The notes under the pieces are model-generated. The model searched no databases. It was given only the letters and a program-made list of their open reading frames with translations, and was not told the origin of the DNA. A stretch of DNA of 64,000 bases from positions 4,448 to 68,447 of the IMG/VR virus record IMGVR_UViG_2681812969_000001; one strand, given 5' to 3'. Position numbers and translations under genes: made by a program. This stretch comes from a virus. Below, piece after piece: positions 17,263-27,033 of this stretch (position 1 is the first letter of the stretch; the number at the start of each line of letters is the position of its first letter).

Positions 17263-20200
17263 CTACACCCCCGCGAGCGAGACAAGCGCAAGCTCATCCC
17301 GAAGTCTGGTCGTGGTCTTCTTCGCGAACCTCTCCGGGTCGCCGTACACGTCCCCGTGAACATGCACGCCGCCCTGCAGCGCCGCCCACGGCGACGCCGC
17401 GTGCTGCTGCACCGGCAGGTGCCGCATCACGGCCTTCCACTGCGCGTCCGTCAACACCCGGTCAGGCTTCATGCCCTGATGGACCGCGACGTCGCCCTTG
17501 CGGAGTAGACCTCCCTGGTCGAACAGCTTCACGCCATCGAACAGGCCGCCGTGTTTCATCGCCCAGTGCACGTGATTCCAGTGCATGGCGCGTGTGACGC
17601 CGGTGTACATGTGGGGGCGGCCGTGCCACACCTGCCCGCCGTTCGCGGGAGAGTAAATGAGTTCCGCGATCCGTGAGCCCCACGCAGATTTGATGCGGTT
17701 GAACACGGCCATAGAGGGCGTGACGTCGATGGCGCGGCCGCGGGAGTGGTAGGAGCGGTTGCCGGTGGCGGTGATCGCTCCGGGCCGGTACGCGGAGTGG
17801 AGCTGGACGCCGGGGACTGCGTTACGGAGCCAGTTCCACTGGTTCTGCCAGCCCATGACGTTCCCGGAGGCGGTGCCGTTCCCTACGGGGCCGGTGCCTC
17901 CGAACATCGACGACAACAGGGACTTGGCCTTGTTGGCGACGCCTTCCGCGACCTTCGGGATGAACCCGCGGGCCATGCCCCACGCGAACCCGGCCGTTCC
18001 GGGGAGGTCACCGAGGATAGCTTTCCCGAGCCCGACGAACGCCCCGAACGGGTTCCCGAAGAAATCCAGCACGGCGCCGCCGACGCCCTTGAGGGTGTCG
18101 AGGATCCCGCCGCCCGCGAACGACCGCGGCCGCCAGATCCCGCCGGACGCGAACGCGGTTCGCCCGAGGTAGGGGGTGTCTCCTGCGCCGGAGCCGGGGG
18201 TGCCGTCGCCGAACAAGAAGCGGCGGATGGCGCCGACGCCGCCGCGGCGGGCGATGGCGTTCATCTGCCGGATCAGGGCGGGGCCGAGTGCACGGACCCA
18301 TTCGGGGACCATGATCGCCTCGCCACCGGACAGGTCCAGGCGGCCCCCGGTCGGGGACCAGAAGCGGTGCACGTCCCTCCCGGGCGTGTACCCGGGAAGG
18401 ACGGACCCGCTAGCGGCCTTCGTGACGCCCGGCCCGAGCCACAAACCGCCCTTGGCGAGCCTGGGGACGCGCAGGGAGACGCCGATGCCGCTGAGGGCGG
18501 AGTTCATCTTCCCGACGAGGTTGGCGTTGATCCAGGAGCGGGTGGCGTTGATCGGTCCCTGCACGGAGCCGGTGAGGCGGGACCAGACGTCCGCGATGCC
18601 GCGCTGCGCCGACTGGAAGAACGACCACACGCTGTTGACGCCGTTCTTCAAGTTCGTGAACGACGTGGAGATCCGGGACCACGCGTTGCCGATGGTCGAC
18701 GTGATCGCGGACCACACGGTCGACATCGTCGCGCGGAGCGTGTTGAACGCGCCGGTGAGTGTCGACGTCGCCCAGGTGCGCAGCGGCGTGAACCAGCCGA
18801 CGAGCCGCGAGTACGCGTTCGACACGGCCGTAGTGATCGCCGACCACGCAGTCGACGTCGCGGACCGCAGGGTCGCCCATGCGCTGGTGAGGGTGGACAC
18901 GGCCCAGGTGCGCAGCGGCGTGAAGATCGCGATCAGGCGAGCCCACGACGCTGACACCGCCGACGTGATCCCAGCCCAGGCTGTCGCGGCGACCGAGCGG
19001 AGCAGGTTCCATGCGCCGGTCAGGGTCGTCGCCGCCCAGGCGCGCAGCGGCGTGAAGATCGCGAGCAGGCGAGCCCAGGCCGCGGAGACGGCGTTCGTGA
19101 TCGCCGACCAGGCGGTTTGCGCTGCGGCCTGCAGTGTCCGCCAGCCGGCGGTCAGTTGCCCGGTGACCCACGCGACGAGCGTGGAGAACACCCCGGACAT
19201 CCGCGCCCACGCGTTCGCCACGGCCGTCGACACCGTCGACCACGCGACGGTCGCCGCGGTCTGGAACGCCTTGAACGCCGGCACCAGCGTGGCTTGGAGC
19301 GCTGCGGCGAGGAGGTTGAAGATGCCCTTCGCCGCGTTCCACATGCCCTGGACGCCGATGACGACGAGCGCGAGCGCGACAGTCGCTGCGGTCTTGTACG
19401 CGTTCCACGCTCCCGCGAGCACCTTGGTCAGGACGTTCCCGAGGAACGTGAAGATCGGCGACATCACCGACCAGGCCGCCGAGACCGCGGCCGACACCGC
19501 CGACCAGGCCGTCGCGGCAGCGGACCGGAACTGAGCCCAGCCAGCCGCCAGCCGACCGCCAAGCCACGCTGCGACCTGCGTGAACACCCCAGACAGGTAG
19601 GACCAGGCGGCGGACACCGCCGATGACGCCCCGGACCAGGCCGTCACCACGGCGTCTCGGAACTGGCCCCAGCCGGTCGCCAGCCGCCCGCCAAGCCACG
19701 ACGTCAAGCTCGCGAACACGCCCGAGATGACGCCCCACGCCGTCGACACCGCTCCCGACACGGCGCTCCACACCGTCTGCGACGTCGCGAGGAACGCGGT
19801 CAGGACGACGCCGGCGGCCTTCACGGCTGCCCCGAACAGTCGCCCGAGGATCTGCCCGACTGACAGGCCCATCTCCGTGACCGACGCTACGATCGTTCCC
19901 TTCGCGGCCCCGAAGATCCCCTTGAACGCCGCGCCGAGGATCACCCCTGCGCCCTTCAACACCGCGCCGATGCGGCCGAGGAACCCGACCTGCAACAGGC
20001 CGATGATCCCATCGAACGCGCCCTTCACGATCTGGACCAGACCCTCCCACGCCTTCCCGAAGTCCAGCGTGAGGATTCCCGTGAGGACCTTCAGTGCGCC
20101 GCCGATGATGTTCACCGCGCCCCGAACAACCCGCACAAGGCCGTCGATCATGCCCATCACCACGGGCCCGAAGATCGCCAACAGCCCGCGGATGATGGGG

Positions 20201-21267
20201 GAGTTCACCAGCGCCTGACCGAACGCCGCGAACGCCGGCAGCACGTCACCGGTGATCGTCTGCCCGATGCCTTGCAGCGCGGGCCACACCTTCGCCGCGA
20301 CCTGCTGCGCGAACTGCGTGAACCAGCGCCCCACCGGGGACTGCGCGATCGCGTCGAACCCGGCCTTGAGGCGGGCCATCACGCCCTCACCGCCGCCGGC
20401 ACGGGCGAACAGGTCACCCATCGCGCCACCGACAGCCGTGAACACGTCCAGCAGCGCCGACATCGCAGGCAGCAACGCGGACCCGACGATCGCCTTGAAG
20501 TTTTCCCACGAGGCGGCGAGTCGTGCCTGTTTGCCGGCGTAAGTGTCCGCTTCCCGCGCGAACTGACCCTGAGCCGCCGCGGACTGCTTCATGATCAACG
20601 AGACCCTGGCTTGCGCCTTGGCCTGCTCCAACGCGGCGCCCTTGAGTTTGTCCTGACCCTTCGCCGCGAGTTCGGCGTTGATCATCGACTCGTTCAGGGT
20701 GATGCCGTACCGTTCGAGCGGGTCGTACTCGCCGCGGAGCGCCGCGGAGAGGGCTTCGACGGATTCCTTCGTGGTGCCGCCGAACGTTGCGGCGAGGTCG
20801 GCGCCGCGCTTGATCAGGATTTGTGTCTGGTCGCCGAAGTCCTTGAAACCTTGGTTCTTGAGCATCGCGCCCATCGTGGTCGCGAGCTCGTTGTACTGGT
20901 TTTTCGACAGGCCGAGGTTCTTCGACGCCGCCGCGGACGCGGCGTTGATCGCGGCCGCCTGCTTCCCGAAGACGGTGTTGACGCCGCCCACGGACTGCTG
21001 CAGGTCGGACGCGCCCTTGATGGCGTCGGAGAAGAACGACCCGAGGCTGACCGTCGCGGCAGCCGCGGCCAGGGGCGCGAAGATCTTTTTCCCGACGCCG
21101 ACCATGGCGCCGGACATGCCGCCGCCCATCTTCTTGCCCGCGTTGCGGCCGGTGCGGTCCGCGTCGGCCTCCACGCCGCGCATCTCCGCCGCGATTTCCT
21201 TGCGAAGCCCTTGAGTGCTCGGGACGATGGAGATCCACGCAGTGGCGAGTTCGATGCCGTTGGCCAC
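17263..21267 (-). CDS. Tape measure protein with C-terminal peptidase-like domain
   Basis: ~1334 aa; ELATAWISIVPS start; Ala-rich, ~11-residue Trp periodicity; C-terminal SYH..GRAIDV..HWNHVHWA. Confidence 0.95.
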   Translation of the reverse strand: MANGIELATAWISIVPSTQGLRKEIAAEMRGVEADADRTGRNAGKKMGGGMSGAMVGVGKKIFAPLAAAAATVSLGSFFSDAIKGASDLQQSVGGVNTVFGKQAAAINAASAAASKNLGLSKNQYNELATTMGAMLKNQGFKDFGDQTQILIKRGADLAATFGGTTKESVEALSAALRGEYDPLERYGITLNESMINAELAAKGQDKLKGAALEQAKAQARVSLIMKQSAAAQGQFAREADTYAGKQARLAASWENFKAIVGSALLPAMSALLDVFTAVGGAMGDLFARAGGGEGVMARLKAGFDAIAQSPVGRWFTQFAQQVAAKVWPALQGIGQTITGDVLPAFAAFGQALVNSPIIRGLLAIFGPVVMGMIDGLVRVVRGAVNIIGGALKVLTGILTLDFGKAWEGLVQIVKGAFDGIIGLLQVGFLGRIGAVLKGAGVILGAAFKGIFGAAKGTIVASVTEMGLSVGQILGRLFGAAVKAAGVVLTAFLATSQTVWSAVSGAVSTAWGVISGVFASLTSWLGGRLATGWGQFRDAVVTAWSGASSAVSAAWSYLSGVFTQVAAWLGGRLAAGWAQFRSAAATAWSAVSAAVSAAWSVMSPIFTFLGNVLTKVLAGAWNAYKTAATVALALVVIGVQGMWNAAKGIFNLLAAALQATLVPAFKAFQTAATVAWSTVSTAVANAWARMSGVFSTLVAWVTGQLTAGWRTLQAAAQTAWSAITNAVSAAWARLLAIFTPLRAWAATTLTGAWNLLRSVAATAWAGITSAVSASWARLIAIFTPLRTWAVSTLTSAWATLRSATSTAWSAITTAVSNAYSRLVGWFTPLRTWATSTLTGAFNTLRATMSTVWSAITSTIGNAWSRISTSFTNLKNGVNSVWSFFQSAQRGIADVWSRLTGSVQGPINATRSWINANLVGKMNSALSGIGVSLRVPRLAKGGLWLGPGVTKAASGSVLPGYTPGRDVHRFWSPTGGRLDLSGGEAIMVPEWVRALGPALIRQMNAIARRGGVGAIRRFLFGDGTPGSGAGDTPYLGRTAFASGGIWRPRSFAGGGILDTLKGVGGAVLDFFGNPFGAFVGLGKAILGDLPGTAGFAWGMARGFIPKVAEGVANKAKSLLSSMFGGTGPVGNGTASGNVMGWQNQWNWLRNAVPGVQLHSAYRPGAITATGNRSYHSRGRAIDVTPSMAVFNRIKSAWGSRIAELIYSPANGGQVWHGRPHMYTGVTRAMHWNHVHWAMKHGGLFDGVKLFDQGGLLRKGDVAVHQGMKPDRVLTDAQWKAVMRHLPVQQHAASPWAALQGGVHVHGDVYGDPERFAKKTTTRLRDELALVSLAGV

Positions 21268-21289
21268 CAGCACCCCCACCCGGTCGTTG

Positions 21290-21691
21290 TCAGGATGCTT
21301 CGGGCAGTGACCAGCCGAGCCAGTCCGCGGTCTCGTCCAGGCTCATGCGGGCGTCACCGAGGTGTTTCTTCTCCGGCCGCAGCTCCGGCGGGAGCATGCA
21401 CTCCGGCAGCTTGGGGCGGTCCTTCTCTTTCCCGGACCCGCGCTGCCAGTTCGCACCCGCGAGGGTGTGGTGTAGCAGCAGCTGCAAGTGCTCGGAGGTG
21501 GAGTGTCCGCACTCCGACATGGCCCGCTTGAACGGGGAATCGTCCGGGGCGTGCATGAGGACCACGAGCAGGTCACGCCACCGGAACCGCGTGTTGGGGA
21601 AGTCCCGCAGCCGCTGCCCGTGGCGGATCAGTTCGTACTCGACCTCGGTGGGGTGCTCGTCGATCAGGTCGACGAGCCCATGAATTCCCCC
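21290..21691 (-). CDS. Tail assembly chaperone, -1 frameshift extension
   Basis: The -1 frame from GGGGGAA (21685..21691) reads GIHGLVDLIDEH..VEYELIRHGQRL..WRDLLV.. to the stop at 21290. Confidence 0.8.
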   Translation of the reverse strand, partial: GGIHGLVDLIDEHPTEVEYELIRHGQRLRDFPNTRFRWRDLLVVLMHAPDDSPFKRAMSECGHSTSEHLQLLLHHTLAGANWQRGSGKEKDRPKLPECMLPPELRPEKKHLGDARMSLDETADWLGWSLPEAS

Positions 21692-21999
21692 AGGCTCGTC
21701 TCCATCGCCGCCTGCAGCTCACCGATGCAGTCGGCCTGCTCCTTGAACGACAGCCCGTCCCACGCGTCGAGGAATCCCCGCACGCCCTCGAACGCGTCTT
21801 CGACCATCGTGTACCCGGCGTCGATCTCGTCCCGTCGACGGTTCAGCCGCAGCCATTTCGGGGAGAACACGTCGTGCAACGGCCTGGACGTGAACTCGTC
21901 GCCGCCGATGGTGAGAGTGACGGTGTCGTCATCGACAGACGCCGTCGCTTTCGGCTTCCGGTCCGCGGGCTTCTTCGCGCCTGCTGGCGTCGTGGGCAT
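21664..21999 (-). CDS. Tail assembly chaperone
   Basis: 111 aa between major tail and tape measure; ends SLGE with a slippery GGGGGAA. Confidence 0.85.
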   Translation of the reverse strand: MPTTPAGAKKPADRKPKATASVDDDTVTLTIGGDEFTSRPLHDVFSPKWLRLNRRRDEIDAGYTMVEDAFEGVRGFLDAWDGLSFKEQADCIGELQAAMETSLGEFMGSST

Positions 22000-22041
22000 C
22001 CCGGCCCCTTCCTATACTCGATTCCCGGCACTGATGGATGG

Positions 22042-22081
22042 GGCGTCTGGGGGCGGGCCGGGATGGAAACCCCCAGACGCC
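22042..22081 (-). terminator. 12-bp hairpin after major tail gene (attenuator/terminator-like)
   Basis: GGCGTCTGGGGG (22042-22053) / CCCCCAGACGCC (22070-22081). Confidence 0.55.
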
Positions 22082-22087
22082 GGCTTG

Positions 22088-22669
22088 TTACGGGGCGAGC
22101 TTCTTCCCGTCGTCGGAGTAGATGTAGAGCTTCACGCCCTCGTCGTCGGGGAAACATTCGACGGTGACGGGGTAGCCGATGATGGAGGAGTCCTGGAAGG
22201 TGATGTCGCCGACCTCGGTGACCTGGGAGTCCGGCGCGACGAGCCGCATGCGGGCGTCGCCGTCCTTGATCTCCATGACCCGGACACGGTGGGGCAGCTG
22301 CTCCGCGGTGACCCGCACCGCCAGCAGGTTCCCGGAGGAGGCGGAGGCGGCGGTCGCGGTGACGTTCGGCTCGCCGTACACCTCACGGTTCACGTCCGCG
22401 CGGGCGGCCTCGATCATCGTGTACTGCAGCGTGACGGAGTGCTCGTTCTGGGTGATCTTGACGACGTCACCACCCCACGCCTTGATCTTGTCGGTCTCGC
22501 GCCCGATGGTCATGGACACCCCGTCTTCGGAGATGTACCCGACCCCGACGATCGCCGCGTCAACCGCCGCGACGGTATCCGTCGGCAAAGGCGACAGCAG
22601 CGGACCGGACAGCAGGCCACCGGTAGCGAGCGGCTTACCGGCGATGACATTCTGGACCAGATTGGCCAC
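22088..22669 (-). CDS. Major tail protein
   Basis: NVIAGKP..TGG..GYISEDGV..IKAWGGDVV..VTEVGDI..GYPVT..CFPD actinophage tail-tube motifs. Confidence 0.93.
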   Translation of the reverse strand: MANLVQNVIAGKPLATGGLLSGPLLSPLPTDTVAAVDAAIVGVGYISEDGVSMTIGRETDKIKAWGGDVVKITQNEHSVTLQYTMIEAARADVNREVYGEPNVTATAASASSGNLLAVRVTAEQLPHRVRVMEIKDGDARMRLVAPDSQVTEVGDITFQDSSIIGYPVTVECFPDDEGVKLYIYSDDGKKLAP

Positions 22670-22733
22670 GGTGATTTCTCGCTTCCCAGTGCTTCCCGGC
22701 CCTGGGTTATGTATTCAGTTGTTGCTACAAAAG

Positions 22734-22921
22734 TCAGGTGGTGCGGGGGTTCCTCACGTTCAACCCGTCGCCGCGGATCTCGCCCTCACACGCGACCAGC
22801 ACCAGCTCCCGCACGTCCTCCGCCGCGAACCCGAGCGCGGTGAGTTCGTCACGGAACATCGCCAGCGCCGTCGCCGTCGACACACGGTCACGGCCGCGCG
22901 GGGGGCGATCGAACACGTCAC
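22734..22921 (-). CDS. Small hypothetical protein
   Basis: VSDVFDRPP.. GTGA overlap with the upstream gene. Confidence 0.5.
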
Positions 22922-23106
22922 TCACCGGCGTCGACTTCCAGTCCGTCCACGACGCGCGGGCCCGCGCCTGGCTTCGGCAGGATTCGCGGCGGCTCCGCAC
23001 CCGACGCCGGGACACGCGCCCAGCCCTGCGCCTCCCACCTGGCGACATCGGCCTCGGGGACCTTCACGACCGACCCGAACACCGGGTGACTCAACTTCAC
23101 TGCCAT
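22918..23106 (-). CDS. Small hypothetical protein
   Basis: 62 aa with GGAGG RBS; GSVVKV..GW motif. Confidence 0.6.
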   Translation of the reverse strand: MAVKLSHPVFGSVVKVPEADVARWEAQGWARVPASGAEPPRILPKPGAGPRVVDGLEVDAGE

Positions 23107-23124
23107 GATGCCTCCCCAAACGAT

Positions 23125-23565
23125 TCACCGAACCGCACACCGAACCAGCAGCTCGTGCAGGAACTGATACCTGGGCATCGTCGTCCGCGGGTCCTCAAAG
23201 TTCACCGGCCCGGAGCCTTCCGCCACATGCGACAGCCACGCACCCGCCGGCGCGGCCGGATCACCGCCCTGGACAAGGGTGTTGTCCAGGGCGAGGAGCG
23301 CCGCCCGTGCATCGGCGCACAGACGCCATGCATCCGTCGACTTCCCGGCCCAACACTCCACGAGGACCGTCGGCCGGTCATGCGCCGGCGACCAACGAAC
23401 ACCGCCGGTGCGGGACACCCGAACCATCCGCGCAGGGAACGCCAACTCACCAGACTTCGACCTCGGGATGCTCGTTGCGACCGTCGCCCCGGGCAGCAGC
23501 GGCCGCAGATACGCAATGACATGCGCCTCCACGTCCACGCTCTCCGCGCCGACCACGGCCGCCAC
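23125..23565 (-). CDS. Tail terminator
   Basis: VRVSRTGG..D.P.VLVECWA..GP.NFEDP..RYQF. Confidence 0.85.
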   Translation of the reverse strand: MAAVVGAESVDVEAHVIAYLRPLLPGATVATSIPRSKSGELAFPARMVRVSRTGGVRWSPAHDRPTVLVECWAGKSTDAWRLCADARAALLALDNTLVQGGDPAAPAGAWLSHVAEGSGPVNFEDPRTTMPRYQFLHELLVRCAVR

Positions 23566-23568
23566 CCC

Positions 23569-23820
23569 TCACCGCCCGGCGTCGATCGACCGCACCAGAA
23601 CGTTGGTCTTCGCGTTCGCGCGCCGCGCACCACGCGACGCCGCGATCACCGCCGCACGAGACCGCGTCGCGCCCTCACCCGACACCGCCACAAACCCGTC
23701 ATCCTCACCACCGGCGGCGTCACGGATACGCTCCGCCCGCCGCAGCAGATCAGCCTTGATCCTCGGGTGCCGCAGCAGCTGCTCGAACCCGCGCTCGTGG
23801 AACTTGATCCGCACCGCCAC
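23569..23820 (-). CDS. Neck/tail-completion protein
   Basis: GFEQLLR..R.RAAV..A..ANAKTN.LVRS; synteny. Confidence 0.75.
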   Translation of the reverse strand: MAVRIKFHERGFEQLLRHPRIKADLLRRAERIRDAAGGEDDGFVAVSGEGATRSRAAVIAASRGARRANAKTNVLVRSIDAGR

Positions 23821-23821
23821 G

Positions 23822-24211
23822 TCAGCCCTCCACCCTGTTCAGGTCGAACGTGACGCCCGCGACCGGATTCGACCACGGCCCAGACGTCCAGTCCGCGACC
23901 GGGCCGTCCACCTCGAACTCATCCCCAGCCAGCAGCACAGCACCAGTGTTGTCCTGCACGAACGGCCACACCACCCGGTCATGCTCACCCACCTGCGTGC
24001 CCGCCGGCGCGTACACCGTCAGGCCCTCCACAACAAGATGCCGCCTGGCCTCCACCGGCTCATCCGACAGGCGCGGCGACACCGCATGCACCGCCACCGC
24101 CACCGGATCAGCCCACGAATCCTCCACATTCCCGTGCGCGTCCGGCTCCCCCGATGAGGACCACACTCGGTGCCCGATCGTCCACGGCGTCGGGATCACG
24201 CCAGCCACCAC
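23822..24211 (-). CDS. Head-to-tail stopper
   Basis: DAHGN..W..LTVYAP..DRV..FEVDG..W..L.RVEG. Confidence 0.85.
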   Translation of the reverse strand: MVAGVIPTPWTIGHRVWSSSGEPDAHGNVEDSWADPVAVAVHAVSPRLSDEPVEARRHLVVEGLTVYAPAGTQVGEHDRVVWPFVQDNTGAVLLAGDEFEVDGPVADWTSGPWSNPVAGVTFDLNRVEG

Positions 24212-24678
24212 GCTTCAACGACCCAGCCACGCGCGACCGCGTCCCTATACGACACAGCTTCACGTGCTCGAGCTACCTCACCGGCGTGAGCCGCAAGACG
24301 CCCGCCGCCGAGCATGATCGAGAACGCCCCATCCCGCGCGCCGTCGATGGCCGCGCAGACACCCTGCAGATCGTGGAACTCGGACTGCAGGAACGCGCCC
24401 CGGCGGTCCGAGCGGGGCTCGACCCGCTGCGTGAAAGGACCGGCCGTCTGTGTCGTCACCTCACCGGCACCGGTCTCGGCCCAACGGGTGACAGCGTCCA
24501 GGATGATCGCCCGGACCGTCTCCGCCTGATCGGTGGATAGCCCGTCACCGGCGATGCACGGCGCGATCGCCACAGCCCGCGCGGTGATGGACCGGATCAT
24601 CGCCGCTGCCTTCTCGTCCCCGATACCGGGAACGAACACGGCGACGTCGGCGGGAGTCACGAACTCAACACTCACCAC
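24196..24678 (-). CDS. Head-to-tail adaptor
   Basis: A.AIAPCI..A.RAII..A.TRW..QTAGPF motif. Confidence 0.85.
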   Translation of the reverse strand: MVSVEFVTPADVAVFVPGIGDEKAAAMIRSITARAVAIAPCIAGDGLSTDQAETVRAIILDAVTRWAETGAGEVTTQTAGPFTQRVEPRSDRRGAFLQSEFHDLQGVCAAIDGARDGAFSIMLGGGRLAAHAGEVARAREAVSYRDAVARGWVVEAWWLA

Positions 24679-24702
24679 GTGACCCCCGCCCGCACGCCGC
24701 TG

Positions 24703-24900
24703 CTACTCGCTGGCGTCGTCGTCGCCGCTGTCGGCGTCTGTCTTCCGGCGTGCCGGGCGCTTCGGCTTCTCCTCCTCGAGGAGGTGAGCGCCGACGAGCC
24801 CGTCGGCCCACTCCGGCAGATCGTCGCCCTCCGCGAGGGTCACGACCTCCAGCGTGTCGGGCCGCATCACAGCCGTGTTGCCCGTCAACTTCGGCATCAC
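24703..24900 (-). CDS. Small capsid-associated hypothetical protein
   Basis: GDDLPEWA..VG.HLL motif, directly after the major capsid gene. Confidence 0.65.
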   Translation of the reverse strand: MMPKLTGNTAVMRPDTLEVVTLAEGDDLPEWADGLVGAHLLEEEKPKRPARRKTDADSGDDDASE

Positions 24901-25919
24901 AGCACCTTCACGGCCATCGCACGGTTCGCGTCACGCGCCACCGGCAGCGTGATCGCGTCCGCCATGACCTCGACCGTGTAGGGGATGCGGTCCTCCCGGT
25001 ACACGCCGACCACGACACCCGGCTGCTCACCGGGCGCGATGTCGAACTCCGGGGACTCCGACGTGACCGTCTGCCCGTAGAACGTGGCACCCAGCTCGGT
25101 GCCGTCCTGGTCGAACGGGTCCGTCGGCGACGGAAGGAAGTAGATCCACTCCTTCGGCAGCACCAAACCGGACTTCGTGGACCGGTTGTACTTCTCGATC
25201 GACGGGTAGCCTGCGGCGTCGATGATCGAGTTGACCTCACCGGCCATCGGCATGCGCGTGGCGCCACCGACGAGGACGGTGTGGAACTGCGCGCCGCGAG
25301 CGAACGCCGAGAACGCGGCATCCGACATGACGATGCAGCCCGGGCGGTCACCGCGGTTCTTCGTGGCGTACAGCTCCAGCCACGTGTCCAGCTGCTCCAT
25401 CCGGTCCGTCGCCGGGTCAGACCACAGCGCCGGAGCCGTGAACGACAGCGCAGAGTCACGCCCGAAGTCGTCGTTCAGGATGAAGTTGTGCTGGTTCGCG
25501 AGAGCCTTACCGGTGTGGATCACCTGGCCGCGGGTCCGCTCGTTGCGGTCCGCGATCGACCACGCCGCACGACGAATCGCCCACTCGACCGACTTGCGAA
25601 CCTGGTCCTCCGGCAGACGCCGAAGGGCCTTCTGGGTCCGCTCGTCGATCGGCTGGTTGTTGCTCATCGCAACCAGCTCGATCAGCGTGGAGCCGACCAC
25701 GTCCGAGGAGATGATCTCCGGGGCAGCGTTGTACGCCCGGTAGTACGCCTCGTCCACCAGGCCGTGCTCGCCCTTGATGAACTTCACGTGGTCATCCGCG
25801 ACGGACACGTTCGGCAGGAACCGCGACAGCGATCCCTTCGCCTGCTCGCGTGCCTGCAGCTCCGCGCGGGCGATACCGGTCGCCTCGACCGGGGTGATGA
25901 TGTCAGTCCACAGAGGCAT
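24897..25919 (-). CDS. Major capsid protein (lambda gpE-like)
   Basis: 340 aa; MPLWTDIITP.E.TG.AR..L.RFLPN; C-terminal ADAITLPV; follows scaffold and decoration genes. Confidence 0.9.
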   Translation of the reverse strand: MPLWTDIITPVEATGIARAELQAREQAKGSLSRFLPNVSVADDHVKFIKGEHGLVDEAYYRAYNAAPEIISSDVVGSTLIELVAMSNNQPIDERTQKALRRLPEDQVRKSVEWAIRRAAWSIADRNERTRGQVIHTGKALANQHNFILNDDFGRDSALSFTAPALWSDPATDRMEQLDTWLELYATKNRGDRPGCIVMSDAAFSAFARGAQFHTVLVGGATRMPMAGEVNSIIDAAGYPSIEKYNRSTKSGLVLPKEWIYFLPSPTDPFDQDGTELGATFYGQTVTSESPEFDIAPGEQPGVVVGVYREDRIPYTVEVMADAITLPVARDANRAMAVKVL

Positions 25920-25924
25920 TCAGA

Positions 25925-26296
25925 TCACACCCCAGCCGTGAAGTAGAAACCGGCCGGCGCGGCGGCCGGGAGGTTGGCGGACACGGGGAGGAACCCGGTG
26001 CGGATCGACCCGTGGAACAGGAACGCGGCGGCGCGGTCCTCCACACCATCGGTCTCGTGGTCGCCCATGAGGAACGCGAGCTTCTCCCCGGCTGCTCCGG
26101 TGAAGGGCTTCACGGCCTTCGGGTCAGCGATGTTCACGATCAGGCCGGACTTGAAGTACCCGTCCGGGTAGTGAGTGGCCTTGGTGAACGTGGAGACGTC
26201 GAGCATCGCGGTGGTCACCGCGTCGCGAATCCCGTGGGTATGGAGAAGCCACCGGAAGTCTCCCGAACCAAGGGTCTTCGAAACGATGCCAGGCAT
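25925..26296 (-). CDS. Capsid decoration protein
   Basis: D.RWL..HG..LDVSTF..HYPDGYFKSG..HG.I..LP; lies between scaffold and major capsid genes. Confidence 0.75.
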   Translation of the reverse strand: MPGIVSKTLGSGDFRWLLHTHGIRDAVTTAMLDVSTFTKATHYPDGYFKSGLIVNIADPKAVKPFTGAAGEKLAFLMGDHETDGVEDRAAAFLFHGSIRTGFLPVSANLPAAAPAGFYFTAGV

Positions 26297-26331
26297 TCTG
26301 GATCGCCCCTTTCCTTTGAATTACGGGTGAT

Positions 26332-26976
26332 TTAGGTGCCGCTACGCGCAGAACGCGCCTGATAAGCGCGCATCGCGTCAGCGACCGAACTGGGCTTGCC
26401 GGAGTCGACCGCCCCAGCGGACGGGTCAGGCTTCGGCACCGGGGGAGCCGCGACAGCCGCCAACTCCGCCTTGAAGGCGTCAGCGTCGGCCTCGAACTCC
26501 TCCCGGGTCGTCCCGGACAGGCGTCGCGCCTGCGCGAGAGAGAGGCCCTTTGCGGCGGCGACCTCGTTCCGTGTGCGCTCCTGCTCGAACGCCGCCAACC
26601 TCGCGTTGGCCTCCTCGAGCTGCTTGCGTGCGTCGTCGCGTTCCGCGACAGCGCGTTCCTGCTCCGTCATCTGCTGACGGCGCAGCTCATCCAACTGCGC
26701 CTGCGCCTCATCAGCGCGGCGCTTCTCCTCCCGAGCGGCCTTCCGCTCGGCAGCGATCGCCTTCCGCCCGGCGTCACCGAGACCATCGGAATCGCTCCGA
26801 GACTCCGGCTCCTTCTCAGGCGGCTTCTGCTCATCCTGCTGCTCGTCGGGCTGCCCGCCCTCGTCGTCGGCCTCCATGCGGGCGCCGCCGAACACAGCCC
26901 TGTGGAACGCCAGCAGCGCATCCACGGCGCCAGGAGCGGACAGGTCGAACGGGTAGGGGAGGGAACTTCCAGACAT
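26332..26976 (-). CDS. Capsid scaffolding protein
   Basis: LGDAG.KA..AER coiled coil; VA..KGL..A.RL.G.T.EE..ADA..PKPDPSAG. Confidence 0.88.
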   Translation of the reverse strand: MSGSSLPYPFDLSAPGAVDALLAFHRAVFGGARMEADDEGGQPDEQQDEQKPPEKEPESRSDSDGLGDAGRKAIAAERKAAREEKRRADEAQAQLDELRRQQMTEQERAVAERDDARKQLEEANARLAAFEQERTRNEVAAAKGLSLAQARRLSGTTREEFEADADAFKAELAAVAAPPVPKPDPSAGAVDSGKPSSVADAMRAYQARSARSGT

Positions 26977-27033
26977 GCGTTGTGCTCCGAATCGCTCGGT
27001 TGAAGCCCGCTCGGCGTCGCGCCAGCGGGTGGT

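Noticed and set aside
18600..19800. Imperfect DNA repeats in the tape measure gene
   Set aside because: Explained by normal 11/22-residue tape measure repeats; not CRISPR.
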